A stretch of DNA of 64,000 bases from Candidatus Flemingiibacterium sp. (GTDB lineage Bacteria > Bacillota > Clostridia > Oscillospirales > CAG-272), in contig JAZNMQ010000024.1 in assembly GCA_045579745.1 (NCBI GenBank), forward strand, positions 14,612-78,611. Reading direction: 5' to 3'. Position numbers and translations under genes: made by a program. The number at the start of each line of letters is the position of its first letter. Position 1 is the first letter of the stretch. This document shows positions 54,054 through 64,000 of the stretch, one piece after another. The notes beneath the pieces are model-generated. The model was given only the letters and a program-made list of their open reading frames with translations. It did not search any database and was not told where the DNA came from.

Positions 54054-56489
54054 TTACTTTATCGGTTTGATATGCCAGATATTATTCGCATATTCATGAA
54101 TCGATCTGTCAGACGCAAATATGCCCGATTTTGCTGTATTGATAAGCGATTTGCGGCTCCACTTTTCACGGTCGGCATAATCTTTTATCATACGCTCATG
54201 TGTTGCATAATACGAATCGAAGTCGGCAATGCACATATACGGGTCTGCGATGCCATGAGTATACTGCGAATTTATAAGATATTGCTTGATATCTCCGAAT
54301 GAACGTCCGCAGAAGCCGATCTCAAGCGCATCAACAGCAGCTTTGATGCGATCGCTCTGCAAATAGTTGTTCATCGAATTGTAGCCTCTCTTCCACAAAT
54401 CGTCTACTTCTTCTGTTGTCAAGCCGAAGATATACATATTTTCATCTCCAACCTGCTCGAAGATCTCAACATTTGCGCCGTCAAGCGTACCTATTGTCAA
54501 TGCGCCGTTTGCCATAAGCTTCATACAGCTCGTTCCGCTCGCTTCCTTACCTGCAAGAGAAATCTGCTCGCTGATATCCGCCGCGGGAATAAGCACCTCG
54601 GCAAGGCTTACGTTGTAATCCTCCATAAAGATTACACAAAGCTTTTCGCGAAGCTTCGGATCTGCGGCTATTTCCTGACCGATATTATAGATGAGCTTGA
54701 GAATGTTCTTAGCCATATAATAGCCGGGAGCCGCCTTTGCACCAAAGATGAATGTCTGAGGAGTGATATCAAGGTTCGGATTCTCGCGAAGCTGAACATA
54801 AAGGCTGATTATGCGAAGCGCATTAAGAAGCTGACGCTTATACTCGTGCATGCGCTTGATCTGCACATCAAATACGGAATTGGGGTCAAGCTTGATTCCC
54901 GTGCGATTCTGAGCATAGATTGCAAAATTCGCCTTGTTTGCGCGTTTTATTGAGTCAATCCGCTCTAGCACAGCCTTATCGTCTGCAAATTTCGCGAACT
55001 CGGATAGCGCTTCGGAATCTTCCTTGTGCCATTTCTGACCAATGCACTCATCGATGAGTGCGGTCAGCTGAGGATTGGAATTGCATACCCAACGGCGATG
55101 CGCTATACCATTGGTCACATTTGTAAATTTTGACGGTGTGTGCTTATAGAAATCGTGGAATATAGTCTTCTTTAAAATATCCGAGTGAAGCTTTGAAACG
55201 CCATTAACTGTATGCGAGCCGACTACCGACAGATTCGCCATTCGAATATTGCCGTATCCGATGATCGACATGCGCGAGATGCGGTCCCAATCTCCTGGAT
55301 ATGCCGCCCACAGCTCGCTGCAGAAACGGCGGTTAATCTCGTTGGTTATTGCATAGATTCTCGGCAATTTGATGCGGAAAAGATCCTCATCCCATGTTTC
55401 AAGAGCCTCCGGCATAACCGTATGGTTGGTGTAGGTTACGGTTGAGGTAACGAGCTTCCAAGCGTTTTCCCATGTGAAGCTGTAAATATCAATCAAGATA
55501 CGCATAAGCTCAGGAATAACGAGCGCAGGATGAGTATCGTTGATGTGGATAGCAACCTTTTCGGCAAAGCCTGCAAGCGAGCCATAGGTAGCCAAATGGT
55601 CGGAGATAATGCTTTGAAGTGAAGCCGAAACCAAGAAGTACTGCTGTGACAAACGCAGATATTTTCCCTCGGTATGGTTATCAGATGGGTAAAGCACCTT
55701 TGAGATGATCTCGGCGTTTGTATCCTCCTGCATTGCCTTGACATACTGTCCCTGCGAGAAAAGACTCATGTTGAAGTTCTGTGTGTCGCAAGCCTTCCAC
55801 AAGCGAAGTATATTAACCGCCTTGGAATCCGCACCGGAAATCATCATATCGTACGGAACCGCTTGAATTTCATTTCCGCCGACATGTGTGATGCTGCATC
55901 TGCCGTTCTCCCATTTTTCGTCAACATGACCGCCAAGACGAACGGTAAAGGTCTTATCGTGACGAGGAACAAGCCATACATCACCGCCGGGCATCCAGAT
56001 ATCCGGAAGCTCAATTTGGTCACCGTCAACTATACGCTGCTTGAAAAGTCCGTATTCATAGAGAATTGAGAAGCCTGTCGCGGCGTAATCAAGAGTTGTC
56101 AGTCCATCCATGAAGCAAGCTGCAAGACGGCCGAGTCCGCCGTTTCCGAGTCCGGGATCGGGCTCAAGGTTATATATTTCTTCAAGCGAAAAGCCGAGCT
56201 CTGACAGCACCTCGCCATAAATTTCCGAAATTCCGAGATTGCGCAGATTATTTTTCAGCGAACGGCCGATAAGAAATTCCATGCAGAGATAATAAATCTT
56301 TCTTCCGCGCTGTTTCTTTGTATCCGACTTGAACGCACTGCGTTTGTCGGTGAGAATATCCTTTACAGACAAAACCACCGATTTATAAATCTGCTCCTCG
56401 GTCGCCTCCTCGGGAGTAGTTCCGAAATAGCGTGCTAATTTTGCTGTAATTGCGTCTTTGACTTGTGCTTTGTTAAATCCTGTGTTCAT
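54054..56489 (-). CDS. glgP: Glycogen / maltodextrin phosphorylase
   Basis: 811 aa. The EASGTSCMK PLP-lysine block and GNGGLGRLAACF. Confidence 0.95.
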   Translation of the reverse strand: MNTGFNKAQVKDAITAKLARYFGTTPEEATEEQIYKSVVLSVKDILTDKRSAFKSDTKKQRGRKIYYLCMEFLIGRSLKNNLRNLGISEIYGEVLSELGFSLEEIYNLEPDPGLGNGGLGRLAACFMDGLTTLDYAATGFSILYEYGLFKQRIVDGDQIELPDIWMPGGDVWLVPRHDKTFTVRLGGHVDEKWENGRCSITHVGGNEIQAVPYDMMISGADSKAVNILRLWKACDTQNFNMSLFSQGQYVKAMQEDTNAEIISKVLYPSDNHTEGKYLRLSQQYFLVSASLQSIISDHLATYGSLAGFAEKVAIHINDTHPALVIPELMRILIDIYSFTWENAWKLVTSTVTYTNHTVMPEALETWDEDLFRIKLPRIYAITNEINRRFCSELWAAYPGDWDRISRMSIIGYGNIRMANLSVVGSHTVNGVSKLHSDILKKTIFHDFYKHTPSKFTNVTNGIAHRRWVCNSNPQLTALIDECIGQKWHKEDSEALSEFAKFADDKAVLERIDSIKRANKANFAIYAQNRTGIKLDPNSVFDVQIKRMHEYKRQLLNALRIISLYVQLRENPNLDITPQTFIFGAKAAPGYYMAKNILKLIYNIGQEIAADPKLREKLCVIFMEDYNVSLAEVLIPAADISEQISLAGKEASGTSCMKLMANGALTIGTLDGANVEIFEQVGDENMYIFGLTTEEVDDLWKRGYNSMNNYLQSDRIKAAVDALEIGFCGRSFGDIKQYLINSQYTHGIADPYMCIADFDSYYATHERMIKDYADREKWSRKSLINTAKSGIFASDRSIHEYANNIWHIKPIK

Positions 56490-56536
56490 TGGTTTGTTTC
56501 GTTCCTTACTAAAAAATTATTTATCAAAAATCGGTT

Positions 56537-56555
56537 GGGCGAGCCATGCTCGCCC
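56537..56555 (-). terminator. Short GC hairpin between glgA and glgP (possible partial terminator)
   Basis: Minus strand reads GGGCGAG catgg CTCGCCC followed by aaccgattttt. Confidence 0.4.
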
Positions 56556-56572
56556 CCCGTTTTTATAACATC

Positions 56573-58006
56573 TCAGGCATCTAAGCTCTCATACATTTCC
56601 AAATATTTCTTTGCCGACGCTTCCCAAGAGAAGTCCATATTCATAGCGTTGGCAACCAACTTGCTCCACTGCGCCTTATCGGCGTAAAGTGCTGTGGTGC
56701 GTCTGATAGCATCAAGCATATCGTGAGCGTTGTAGGAATTGAACGTCACGCCGTTTCCAATACCCTTTGTGGGGTTATACGGAGCAATCGTATCATAAAG
56801 TCCGCCCGTTTCTCTTACGATCGGCACAGTTCCATACTGCGAGGCAATCATTTGAGCAAGTCCGCAAGGCTCTGATTTTGACGGCATCAGGAAGATATCA
56901 GCCGATGCGTAGATCTGCTTTGCGAGGTCCTTGTTAAAGGCGATCATTACACCGCATTTTTCGGGATAGCGTTCTGCGAGCCCTGCGAAATAATCCTCAA
57001 GCTCGACTTCGCCCGTTCCGAGAAGAACAAGCTGAACATCATCTGCAAGAATATCATCCGCAACTCGTCTGACGAGGTCAAATCCCTTGTGTGATGCCAG
57101 ACGCGAAACCATTGCAATAAGCGGCACATCATCCCGCACGGGAAGATTGAACGTTTCCTGAAGCGCACGCTTGTTAATTACCTTGTTTTCAATTGTATCG
57201 AGGGTGAAGTTCTGCTTGATCGACGGATCCTTCTCCGAATTGTAGTAATCCGTATCGATTCCGTTTATGATTCCGCAAACCTTATCGCTGTACATGCGAA
57301 TTATGTGATAAAGACCGCTTGAATAATACTCAGTCTGAATCTCGCGTGCATAGTTAGGGCTTACCGTTGTCAGCTTATCACAGCAAACGATCGCACCCTT
57401 CGTCAGGTTGATGCAGCCGTCATATTCTACAACATATCTATCCCAGGAATCAAGGCAGAAGATATCGCCTAAAATATCAAAGCTATAGATTCCCTGATAA
57501 TCTATATTGTGAATTGTATAGACAGTCTTCATATCAGCGTACTCATCGATATAGCAATACTTACGCTTTTGATATATTACGCAAAGCGCGCTCTGCCAAT
57601 CGTGGCAATGCAGTATATCGGGCATAAATTCAATATACGGCAGCATTTCCATGACAGCCTTGCAGAAGAAAGCATATCTTTCGCCATCGTCGAAGCTTCC
57701 GTAAAGTGCAGGGCGTTTAAAATAGTATTCGTTATCTATGAAGTAATATGTTACACCGTCCTGAATATATGACCAAACGCCGCAGTATTGGCGTCGCCAT
57801 GAAAGCGAAACGGTAAATTCCGCCTCCTTTGTCATTTTGTCCTTATATTTTGCGGCTACTGCCTGATACATTGGAATGACAACACGGATATCAGTATTTG
57901 AGTCAGAGCGTTTGAGTGCTGCCGGCAGAGAGCCGAGCACATCTCCAAGTCCTCCGGTCGCCGCGAACGGCAGAGCTTCCGAACCTACAAACAATATCTT
58001 TTTCAT
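56573..58006 (-). CDS. glgA: Glycogen synthase (ADP-glucose type)
   Basis: 477 aa. N-terminal E..PFAATGGLGDV and C-terminal PS..EPCGL.Q. Confidence 0.95.
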   Translation of the reverse strand: MKKILFVGSEALPFAATGGLGDVLGSLPAALKRSDSNTDIRVVIPMYQAVAAKYKDKMTKEAEFTVSLSWRRQYCGVWSYIQDGVTYYFIDNEYYFKRPALYGSFDDGERYAFFCKAVMEMLPYIEFMPDILHCHDWQSALCVIYQKRKYCYIDEYADMKTVYTIHNIDYQGIYSFDILGDIFCLDSWDRYVVEYDGCINLTKGAIVCCDKLTTVSPNYAREIQTEYYSSGLYHIIRMYSDKVCGIINGIDTDYYNSEKDPSIKQNFTLDTIENKVINKRALQETFNLPVRDDVPLIAMVSRLASHKGFDLVRRVADDILADDVQLVLLGTGEVELEDYFAGLAERYPEKCGVMIAFNKDLAKQIYASADIFLMPSKSEPCGLAQMIASQYGTVPIVRETGGLYDTIAPYNPTKGIGNGVTFNSYNAHDMLDAIRRTTALYADKAQWSKLVANAMNMDFSWEASAKKYLEMYESLDA

Positions 58007-58051
58007 TAGTAGTCTCCCATTTTTAATTAATCGAGCACAAGAGCCAAATAA

Positions 58052-59185
58052 TTAAATCATTTTACCCTTGTCGATGAAGAACGGCATTGTTTCGTGTCCC
58101 GAGAGAATGCGGCCATCTCTGATAACAACATTCTTATCCGCAATTACGCAGTTTAAGAATACATTCTCTCCGGTTACAGAGTCCTGGAACAGGATAGAGT
58201 TTTTAACCGTCGTTCCCTTTCCTACCTTAACGCCACGGAAAAGGATGGAGTTTTCAACCGTTCCGTCGATTACACAGCCGTCTGCGATAAGAGAGTTCTT
58301 TACGCTTGAGGACGCACTGTATTTTGTGGGAGCGGAGTTTCTGACCTTTGTGTAAATCGGGCGATTCTTAACATTAAAGAGCTGCTCGCGATTTTCGATA
58401 TTTCCAAGTAACTCCATTGAATGTGCGTAATAGTCTTCAATCGAAACTATGTTTGCAAAATAACCGTCGTATTTGTAAATACGGAAATTGTGGCGTGACG
58501 CATTTCTTGAAAGCACATCGCGGTTGAAGCTCGTATATCCATGTGCGATTGCATCGAGAACAACGCTCTGCAGATATTCACGGTTGATTACTACGATGTT
58601 GAGATTAATATCCCGATAACCGGAAATGTTTGTAGGATATGCGTTAACATCGCTGATTCTTCCGGTATTGTCAGATTCGACAATAACATTTCGCTTTGCG
58701 CTTTCCTGAGTTAAGAGCACGCGCTTGACCGCTATTGTTATATCGGCATTATTCTTAATATGGTCGTTAATCATATCATTAAGGTCAATATTGCAAATAA
58801 CGTCGCAGTCAGAGAGTACTACATAGTCAGAGGTGAAGCGTGAGATAGAATAGTTTACACTCTTCATAGCCTCAAGGCGCGTATTATAAAGTGCATTCTG
58901 ATTGTTTGCATATGCAGTCAGATATGGCGGAAGAAGCTTTATACCGCCCTTGCGGCGTGCAAGGTCCCAGTCCTTACCGGAGCCGATATGGTCCATGAGC
59001 GACTGATAGTTGTAATGTGTAATAACGCTGACAGATGTGATCCCCGAGTTTACCATATTGGAAAGCGCGAAGTCTATAAGACGGTAACGGCAGGCATACG
59101 GAACAGATGCCATTGTGCGCTTGCGTGTAAGCTCAGCAATATTTTTGTCGTGAAGATTTGAAAAAATTATTCCTTGTACAGACAT
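58052..59185 (-). CDS. glgD: Glucose-1-phosphate adenylyltransferase, GlgD subunit
   Basis: 377 aa. A GlgC paralog lacking the GGxGxRL activator loop (IIFSNLHDKNIAELT instead), in the typical Firmicutes glgC-glgD order. Confidence 0.85.
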   Translation of the reverse strand: MSVQGIIFSNLHDKNIAELTRKRTMASVPYACRYRLIDFALSNMVNSGITSVSVITHYNYQSLMDHIGSGKDWDLARRKGGIKLLPPYLTAYANNQNALYNTRLEAMKSVNYSISRFTSDYVVLSDCDVICNIDLNDMINDHIKNNADITIAVKRVLLTQESAKRNVIVESDNTGRISDVNAYPTNISGYRDINLNIVVINREYLQSVVLDAIAHGYTSFNRDVLSRNASRHNFRIYKYDGYFANIVSIEDYYAHSMELLGNIENREQLFNVKNRPIYTKVRNSAPTKYSASSSVKNSLIADGCVIDGTVENSILFRGVKVGKGTTVKNSILFQDSVTGENVFLNCVIADKNVVIRDGRILSGHETMPFFIDKGKMI

Positions 59186-59203
59186 TGTGATTCATCCTTT
59201 CCG

Positions 59204-60406
59204 TTAAGCCTTGTTATTCTTTTCGAGATATGCTTCGTTTACCATATCGCCTGCAGGGATGGTGATTCCGTGCGGAAGCTTAATATTGCTTCCGACAAGA
59301 GTAATCGCTTTTGCGTTTGCCTCTCCGACCTGCGCGCCCGCGCCTATCTCGGTTTCACCGTCAACAATCGAATAATATACGCTTGCACCCTCTCTTACCA
59401 CGGTGTCGTTCATGATGATCGAGTTGCGAATATACGCTCCTCTTGCGACCTTTACGCCGCCGAACAGCACGGAATTTTCTACAACGCCATGAATCTCACA
59501 GCCCTCGGTAATTATCGAATTATCGACCTTCGCATCGCTTCCAATGTAGTGCGGCGCACGGTTAAGGCTGCGCGAATAGATTCTCCAATCGGGGTCCATA
59601 AGATTGAATATCGGCTCATCACCGAGAAGGTCCATATTTGCTTCCCAAAGGCTTTGAATCGTTCCGACATCCTTCCAATATCCCGAAAATTCGTAGGCAT
59701 ACATGCTCTCGCCGTTGTTCAGCATTGCAGGAATGATGTTCTTTCCGAAGTCGTTTGATGAATTCGGGTCGTTCTCATCTGCTGTGAGATAATCGGCAAG
59801 CACCTGCTTGTTGAAGATATAAATTCCCATTGACGCCTTTGTGCTCTTGGGATTTGCGGGTTTTTCCTCGAACTCATAGATTTTGTTGTTTTCGTCGGTA
59901 TTCATGATACCAAAGCGGCTTGCCTGCTCGATCGGAACATCGATGACAGCAATCGTTGCCGTCGCGCCCGTTTTCTTATGAGCATCGAGCATTGCGCTGT
60001 AGTCCATCTTATAAATGTGGTCGCCCGAAAGAACGAGGACGTAATCGGGGTCATAGCGGTTGATAAAATTAAGGTTCTGATAAATTGCGTTCGCAGTTCC
60101 CTTATACCAGTCCGCAGACTTTGACCCCTGATAGGGCGGAAGAACCATAACACCGCCGTTCATGCGGTCAAGGTCCCAAGGCTGACCGTTTCCGATATAC
60201 TCATTCAAAACAAGCGGCTGATATTGGGTCAGCACGCCAACCGTATCAATTCCCGAATTGACACAGTTTGATAACGTGAGGTCAATAATACGATACTTTG
60301 CTCCAAACGGAACAGCAGGCTTTGCTGTCCTTTCCGTCAACGTATACAGACGGCTTCCCTGACCGCCTGCGAGCAGCATGGCAACGCATTCTTTCTTGTT
60401 GTACAT
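59204..60406 (-). CDS. glgC: Glucose-1-phosphate adenylyltransferase
   Basis: [12 protein letters not shown]...[16 protein letters not shown] 60406 lies 6 nt after GGAGGAAA; the ORF track starts at 60445. Confidence 0.9.
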   Translation of the reverse strand: MYNKKECVAMLLAGGQGSRLYTLTERTAKPAVPFGAKYRIIDLTLSNCVNSGIDTVGVLTQYQPLVLNEYIGNGQPWDLDRMNGGVMVLPPYQGSKSADWYKGTANAIYQNLNFINRYDPDYVLVLSGDHIYKMDYSAMLDAHKKTGATATIAVIDVPIEQASRFGIMNTDENNKIYEFEEKPANPKSTKASMGIYIFNKQVLADYLTADENDPNSSNDFGKNIIPAMLNNGESMYAYEFSGYWKDVGTIQSLWEANMDLLGDEPIFNLMDPDWRIYSRSLNRAPHYIGSDAKVDNSIITEGCEIHGVVENSVLFGGVKVARGAYIRNSIIMNDTVVREGASVYYSIVDGETEIGAGAQVGEANAKAITLVGSNIKLPHGITIPAGDMVNEAYLEKNNKA

Positions 60407-60568
60407 AACTGGTTTCCTCCAAATATTTTTATCAAATTCGATCACTCACAAACCTACCCTTTGTAAGTGTAATAGATGTGGTTGTTTATAAGGTCAAGCG
60501 ACGCATGGGTACCTTTTAATCAGATTTCATGCGAAACCGACCATCGGATGAATGCTAAAAGCGATTCT

Positions 60569-62545
60569 CTATTCCTTGCCCGAGCGCTTCATAGGCGGAA
60601 TCGGACGAAGAATTATTGCTGACAGCCCCGGAAGATCAAGTGCCAGCGAGCGTCTATCTCCGTTTGCGACTGTATCGAGCACGCCGCCGTTTAGCATTCC
60701 CGAACCGCCAAATTCCTCCCTGTCGCTCGAGAACACCTCTTGGTATGCCTTTCGTGTCAATCCCGTAACATTAAAGCCATAGCGAACAACGGGCGAGAAA
60801 TTCAAAATCACAACAAGCTCTCTGCCCTTTTTGTCTATGCGGCGATATGCGATGATATTCAAATCGCGCATATCGGGCATCAGCCATTCGAAGCCATCCC
60901 AGGAGAAATCAAGCTCCCAAAGCTCACGATTCTCAAGATAGAATCTTCCGAGCTCCGCCGTGTAGCCCTGCAGCTTCTTGTGCATGTCGTAATCAAGCAT
61001 AAACCATTCGAGCTGATTTTCGAAATCCCACTCGCGGAAAGGTCCGTATTCGCATCCCATAAAGGTGAGCTTTTTGCCGGGGTGCGTCATTTGATACGCC
61101 ATGAACAAGCGTGTTCCGGCGAATTTATTGTTGTAGTCACCAAAAGATTTATCAAGCAGCGACAGCTTTCCGTGAACTACCTCATCATGCGACACGGGAA
61201 GAATAAAGTTTTCATTAAGCGAATACATCATCGGGAAGGTCAGCCGCTCATGCTTGTATTTTCTGTAAATCGGGTCGGTCATTATATAGTCAAAGGTATC
61301 GTTCGACCAGCCCATATTCCACTTGAAATTGAATCCGAGTCCGCCCTCATAAACGGGCTTTGTAACCATTGGCCAGGCAGTTGATTCCTCGGCAATCATC
61401 AAAATATCCGGATACCTGCCAAACAGCTCGGTATTGAGCTTCCTGAAGAACGCAATTGCTTCGAGATTTTTGTTATCTCCGTCCTTATTCGGAATCCACT
61501 CACCCGGATCTCGGTCAAAGTCCAGATACAGCATAGATGCGACCGCGTCAACTCTGAGTCCGTCAATATGAAATTCCTTGAGCCAATAAACCGCGTTCGA
61601 TACAAGGAAGCATTCTACCTCATTTCGAGCAACGTCAAAGAATCGAGTTCCCCATACACGGTGCTCCATTCGGTCAACTCCCTGATACTCATAAAGAGGG
61701 CCTCCGTCAAATTCGTAAAGACCGTGCTCATCCTTAGGGAAATGTGCCGGAACCCAGTCAAGTATAACACCGATGCCCATAGAATGAAGCTTGTTTACAA
61801 AATAGCGAAAATCATCGGGAGTTCCAAAGCGCGATGTCGGCGAATAGTATCCGCAAACCTGATATCCCCATGAGCCGTCAAACGGATGCTCCATTATCGG
61901 AAGCAGCTCAACATGCGTGTATCCGAGCTGTTTTACATAGGGCGCAAGCTCGTCGGCAATCTCTCTATAATTTAAATAGTTTTCGCCCTCCTTGGTGGTA
62001 AGCCCGTCACGCGTTTTCCACGAGCCGAGATGAACCTCATATATATTGAGCGGAGCCGAATAGAAGTCGTTTCGTCCGTTGCTTTGCGGCTTTCTGCCCT
62101 TTCCCGCAACAGTTCGCATGCGTCTTGCAAGCCAGAGCGAATCTGTCCATTTAAACGGCTTCGCCTCCCAAATCTTTGAGGAAGTTTTTTTCAGCGTTTC
62201 GGACCAGACCGCATACGGGTCGGCTTTGAGGTGTACACCGCTTTTTGATGTGATTCGGTATTTGTAATTGGCACCGTGAAGTGAAACCTCAGAGCGCAAG
62301 GTATACTCCCACACTCCCATATCGGTAATTCTTTCCATCGGTTCAACAGCACTCCAATTATTGAAATCGCCAACAACCTCAACGAGCGATGCGTTTGGAG
62401 CCCATACGCGGAACGTGTAAACATGCTCATCTTTTTCTGCCGCATGATGACATCCAAGGTATTCATACGCTTGATAGTTTGTCCCTTGATGAAAATAGAA
62501 CGGTGCAAGATTATCTATATTTTTTGTACTTTGATTTTTATCCAT
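60569..62545 (-). CDS. glgB: 1,4-alpha-glucan branching enzyme
   Basis: 658 aa. GH13 subfamily motifs DWVPAHF, GLRVDAVASM and EESTAWP. Confidence 0.95.
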   Translation of the reverse strand: MDKNQSTKNIDNLAPFYFHQGTNYQAYEYLGCHHAAEKDEHVYTFRVWAPNASLVEVVGDFNNWSAVEPMERITDMGVWEYTLRSEVSLHGANYKYRITSKSGVHLKADPYAVWSETLKKTSSKIWEAKPFKWTDSLWLARRMRTVAGKGRKPQSNGRNDFYSAPLNIYEVHLGSWKTRDGLTTKEGENYLNYREIADELAPYVKQLGYTHVELLPIMEHPFDGSWGYQVCGYYSPTSRFGTPDDFRYFVNKLHSMGIGVILDWVPAHFPKDEHGLYEFDGGPLYEYQGVDRMEHRVWGTRFFDVARNEVECFLVSNAVYWLKEFHIDGLRVDAVASMLYLDFDRDPGEWIPNKDGDNKNLEAIAFFRKLNTELFGRYPDILMIAEESTAWPMVTKPVYEGGLGFNFKWNMGWSNDTFDYIMTDPIYRKYKHERLTFPMMYSLNENFILPVSHDEVVHGKLSLLDKSFGDYNNKFAGTRLFMAYQMTHPGKKLTFMGCEYGPFREWDFENQLEWFMLDYDMHKKLQGYTAELGRFYLENRELWELDFSWDGFEWLMPDMRDLNIIAYRRIDKKGRELVVILNFSPVVRYGFNVTGLTRKAYQEVFSSDREEFGGSGMLNGGVLDTVANGDRRSLALDLPGLSAIILRPIPPMKRSGKE

Positions 62546-62588
62546 CTTCAGTTTTTACCTTTCACGAATTTATGAATTATCGAATTAT

Positions 62589-62597
62589 ATTATACCA
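62589..62597 (-). promoter_or_regulatory. Extended -10 element upstream of glgB
   Basis: Minus strand reads TGgTATAAT, 43 nt upstream of the glgB ATG. No good -35 element was found. Confidence 0.45.
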
Positions 62598-62636
62598 CGC
62601 TTGCCGCTTGGAAATATGTCGAAAAGGACAGACGGA

Positions 62637-64000
62637 CTAATTATTTTCCGAAACGATTTTCAAAATCGCCTTTCCGTATTTCGATGACTTCTCCGTTCCG
62701 ATACCGTGAACATTCATAAGCTCAGAAAGACTCCTCGGACGGGTTTGAGCAATCTCAATTATTGTCGCATCTGTAAATATGGCGTATGCCGGAACGCCTC
62801 TTTTACTTGCAAGCTCTCGTCGGTATTTTCTGAGCGCCTCGTAAATCGCGGCTTCCGAGGAATCAACCGATATACCGCGAACCGGGCTTTTCTTCTTTGT
62901 TTGAGGCTTCGCCTTGGATTTTGGCCGTTTTATATTAAGCCGTTTTCCTGACGAGAGAAAGCTGTCAAGCTTTTCAGAAAGCGACAATATTGGATATTGA
63001 CCTCCGCTTCTGCAAATCAGCTTCATTTCAATCATCCGCATGATTACATCGCGTATCGAGTTGAGCGGCTCATCACGCAGCAAACCGAATCCACGTTCTT
63101 CGGAGAATCCGAAATACTCCATCCGTTCATTCGCATCTCCGTGAAGGAAATCGGCAATAAACGCCATTCCGAATCTCTCGCCCGTTATGTCAATTGCCAT
63201 TCTGACCGCACGAACTATATCTGTAACATCTATAGTATCGTATTCCGAGCGACAGAACGAGCATTTCCCACAGTCATTATTTTCGGGTGTTTCTCCGAAA
63301 TATGTTAAAATATAGTTTCGCAGGCACTCGGTGATTTTGCAGTATGATATCATGAGCTCAAGCTTATCATACTTTGATTTTTTCGCAAGCTCCAATTCTT
63401 CCGGCGAAGCTTCATCATCGTCGCAGGTGTTCTCAACGAGGAACTTCGCAGTATGAATATCCGCAGGCGAATAAAGCAGTATGCAATCAGCCTCGCTTCC
63501 ATCCCGTCCTGCGCGTCCCGCTTCTTGGTAGTAGGCTTCCATCGACAAAGGGAGATTATAATGAATTATAAAACGAACATCAGGTTTGTCAATTCCCATT
63601 CCGAAGGCGTTTGTCGCAATCATTATAGGTTTTTCATCCCGAATAAAAGCATCCTGATTCTGTGAGCGTTCGGCATCATCAAGTCCTGCATGATAATATG
63701 TAACGGGGAAGCCTTTACTTGAAAGGCTGTTATAGAGCTGCTCCACATTTTTCCGTGTCATTGCATAAATTATGCCTGACGAGTCTGGGTGCTCGGTCAG
63801 ATATTCAACGATATAGTCGGCTCTGTCCGGACGGTCCACCACGCTGAAATACAGATTAGGCCGATCAAAGCCGGTGGTGATCTCAAACGGAGCTCTCATC
63901 GCAAGCAATTTGCGCACGTCATCCTTGACATTTTCGGTTGCAGTTGCCGTAAACGCCGCTAAAACCGGACGACGCGAAAGAAGCGAAACAAATTCTGCAA
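62637..64000 (-). CDS. recQ: ATP-dependent DNA helicase RecQ, 3' portion (5' end beyond the window)
   Basis: The frame stays open to nt 64000. Helicase C-terminal motifs (ATNAFGMGIDKPDVRFIIH, QE.GRAGRDG), a Zn-binding CxxC cluster, and a C-terminal HRDC domain. Confidence 0.9.
   Translation of the reverse strand, partial: AEFVSLLSRRPVLAAFTATATENVKDDVRKLLAMRAPFEITTGFDRPNLYFSVVDRPDRADYIVEYLTEHPDSSGIIYAMTRKNVEQLYNSLSSKGFPVTYYHAGLDDAERSQNQDAFIRDEKPIMIATNAFGMGIDKPDVRFIIHYNLPLSMEAYYQEAGRAGRDGSEADCILLYSPADIHTAKFLVENTCDDDEASPEELELAKKSKYDKLELMISYCKITECLRNYILTYFGETPENNDCGKCSFCRSEYDTIDVTDIVRAVRMAIDITGERFGMAFIADFLHGDANERMEYFGFSEERGFGLLRDEPLNSIRDVIMRMIEMKLICRSGGQYPILSLSEKLDSFLSSGKRLNIKRPKSKAKPQTKKKSPVRGISVDSSEAAIYEALRKYRRELASKRGVPAYAIFTDATIIEIAQTRPRSLSELMNVHGIGTEKSSKYGKAILKIVSENN

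Noticed and set aside
1-64000. Scan for CRISPR arrays, tRNA/rRNA genes, IS elements/transposases, integrases, phage genes, toxin-antitoxin pairs and defence systems.
   Set aside because: I saw no repeat-spacer periodicity, no intergenic region long enough for an rRNA, no cloverleaf-like conserved tRNA boxes in the short spacers, and no ORF with transposase, integrase or defence motifs. The window appears to be core chromosome.

Overview
This is a gene-dense, mostly housekeeping chromosomal window of about 54 CDS. I found no rRNA, tRNA, CRISPR array, transposase, integrase or phage gene. By eye it looks like a Firmicutes/Clostridia genome, possibly Oscillospiraceae/Ruminococcaceae-like. The cues are glgBCDAP with glgD, a PASTA-bearing SpoVD/PBP2B-type PBP, DUF4330 proteins and GGAGG-type Shine-Dalgarno (SD) sites; that taxonomy is inference only.

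Layout:
- 1-7.1 kb: esterase, then araA, an araB-like kinase and araD, bracketed by two URO-D/MtaA-like genes.
- 7.1-16 kb, minus strand: one tight 8-gene array, nadA-nadC-aroB-aroA-nadB-DUF362/ferredoxin-ispE-lipoprotein PPIase.
- 16-18.5 kb: AI-2E-family permease and an SGNH acetylesterase.
- 18.5-32.3 kb, minus strand: dcw cluster mraZ-rsmH-ftsL-pbp-murE-murF-mraY-ftsW-murG-ftsQ-ftsZ, with a recognisable promoter and MraZ boxes.
- 32.4-35.8 kb: coaD, an in-frame uvrC-rsmD ORF, and ptsH.
- 36-41.9 kb: rimM-trmD-murJ-Wzy_C/O-antigen-ligase-like-2x DUF4330.
- 42-51.4 kb: glycerate kinase, a zinc-ribbon membrane protein, mrp, a flavoprotein, a ROK glucokinase, and proX-DUF512-lipoprotein-der-plsY.
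- 51.5-62.6 kb: an orphan gene with a structured leader, then the glycogen operon glgB-C-D-A-P plus a GH13 enzyme.
- 62.6-64 kb: the 3' part of recQ.

I do not see a clear defence, mobile or biosynthetic island, so I cannot point to an obvious undescribed system. The observations most worth a second look are:
- the UvrC-RsmD reading-frame fusion, which hinges on an A7 tract;
- the MurJ / Wzy_C / twin-DUF4330 envelope module welded onto rimM-trmD;
- a URO-D/MtaA-like gene embedded in the arabinose operon;
- aroBA nested inside the nad operon;
- a repeated 33-nt palindromic element;
- a leader with mutually exclusive helices upstream of an orphan gene.

All family calls are by-eye motif recognition; no database search was run.
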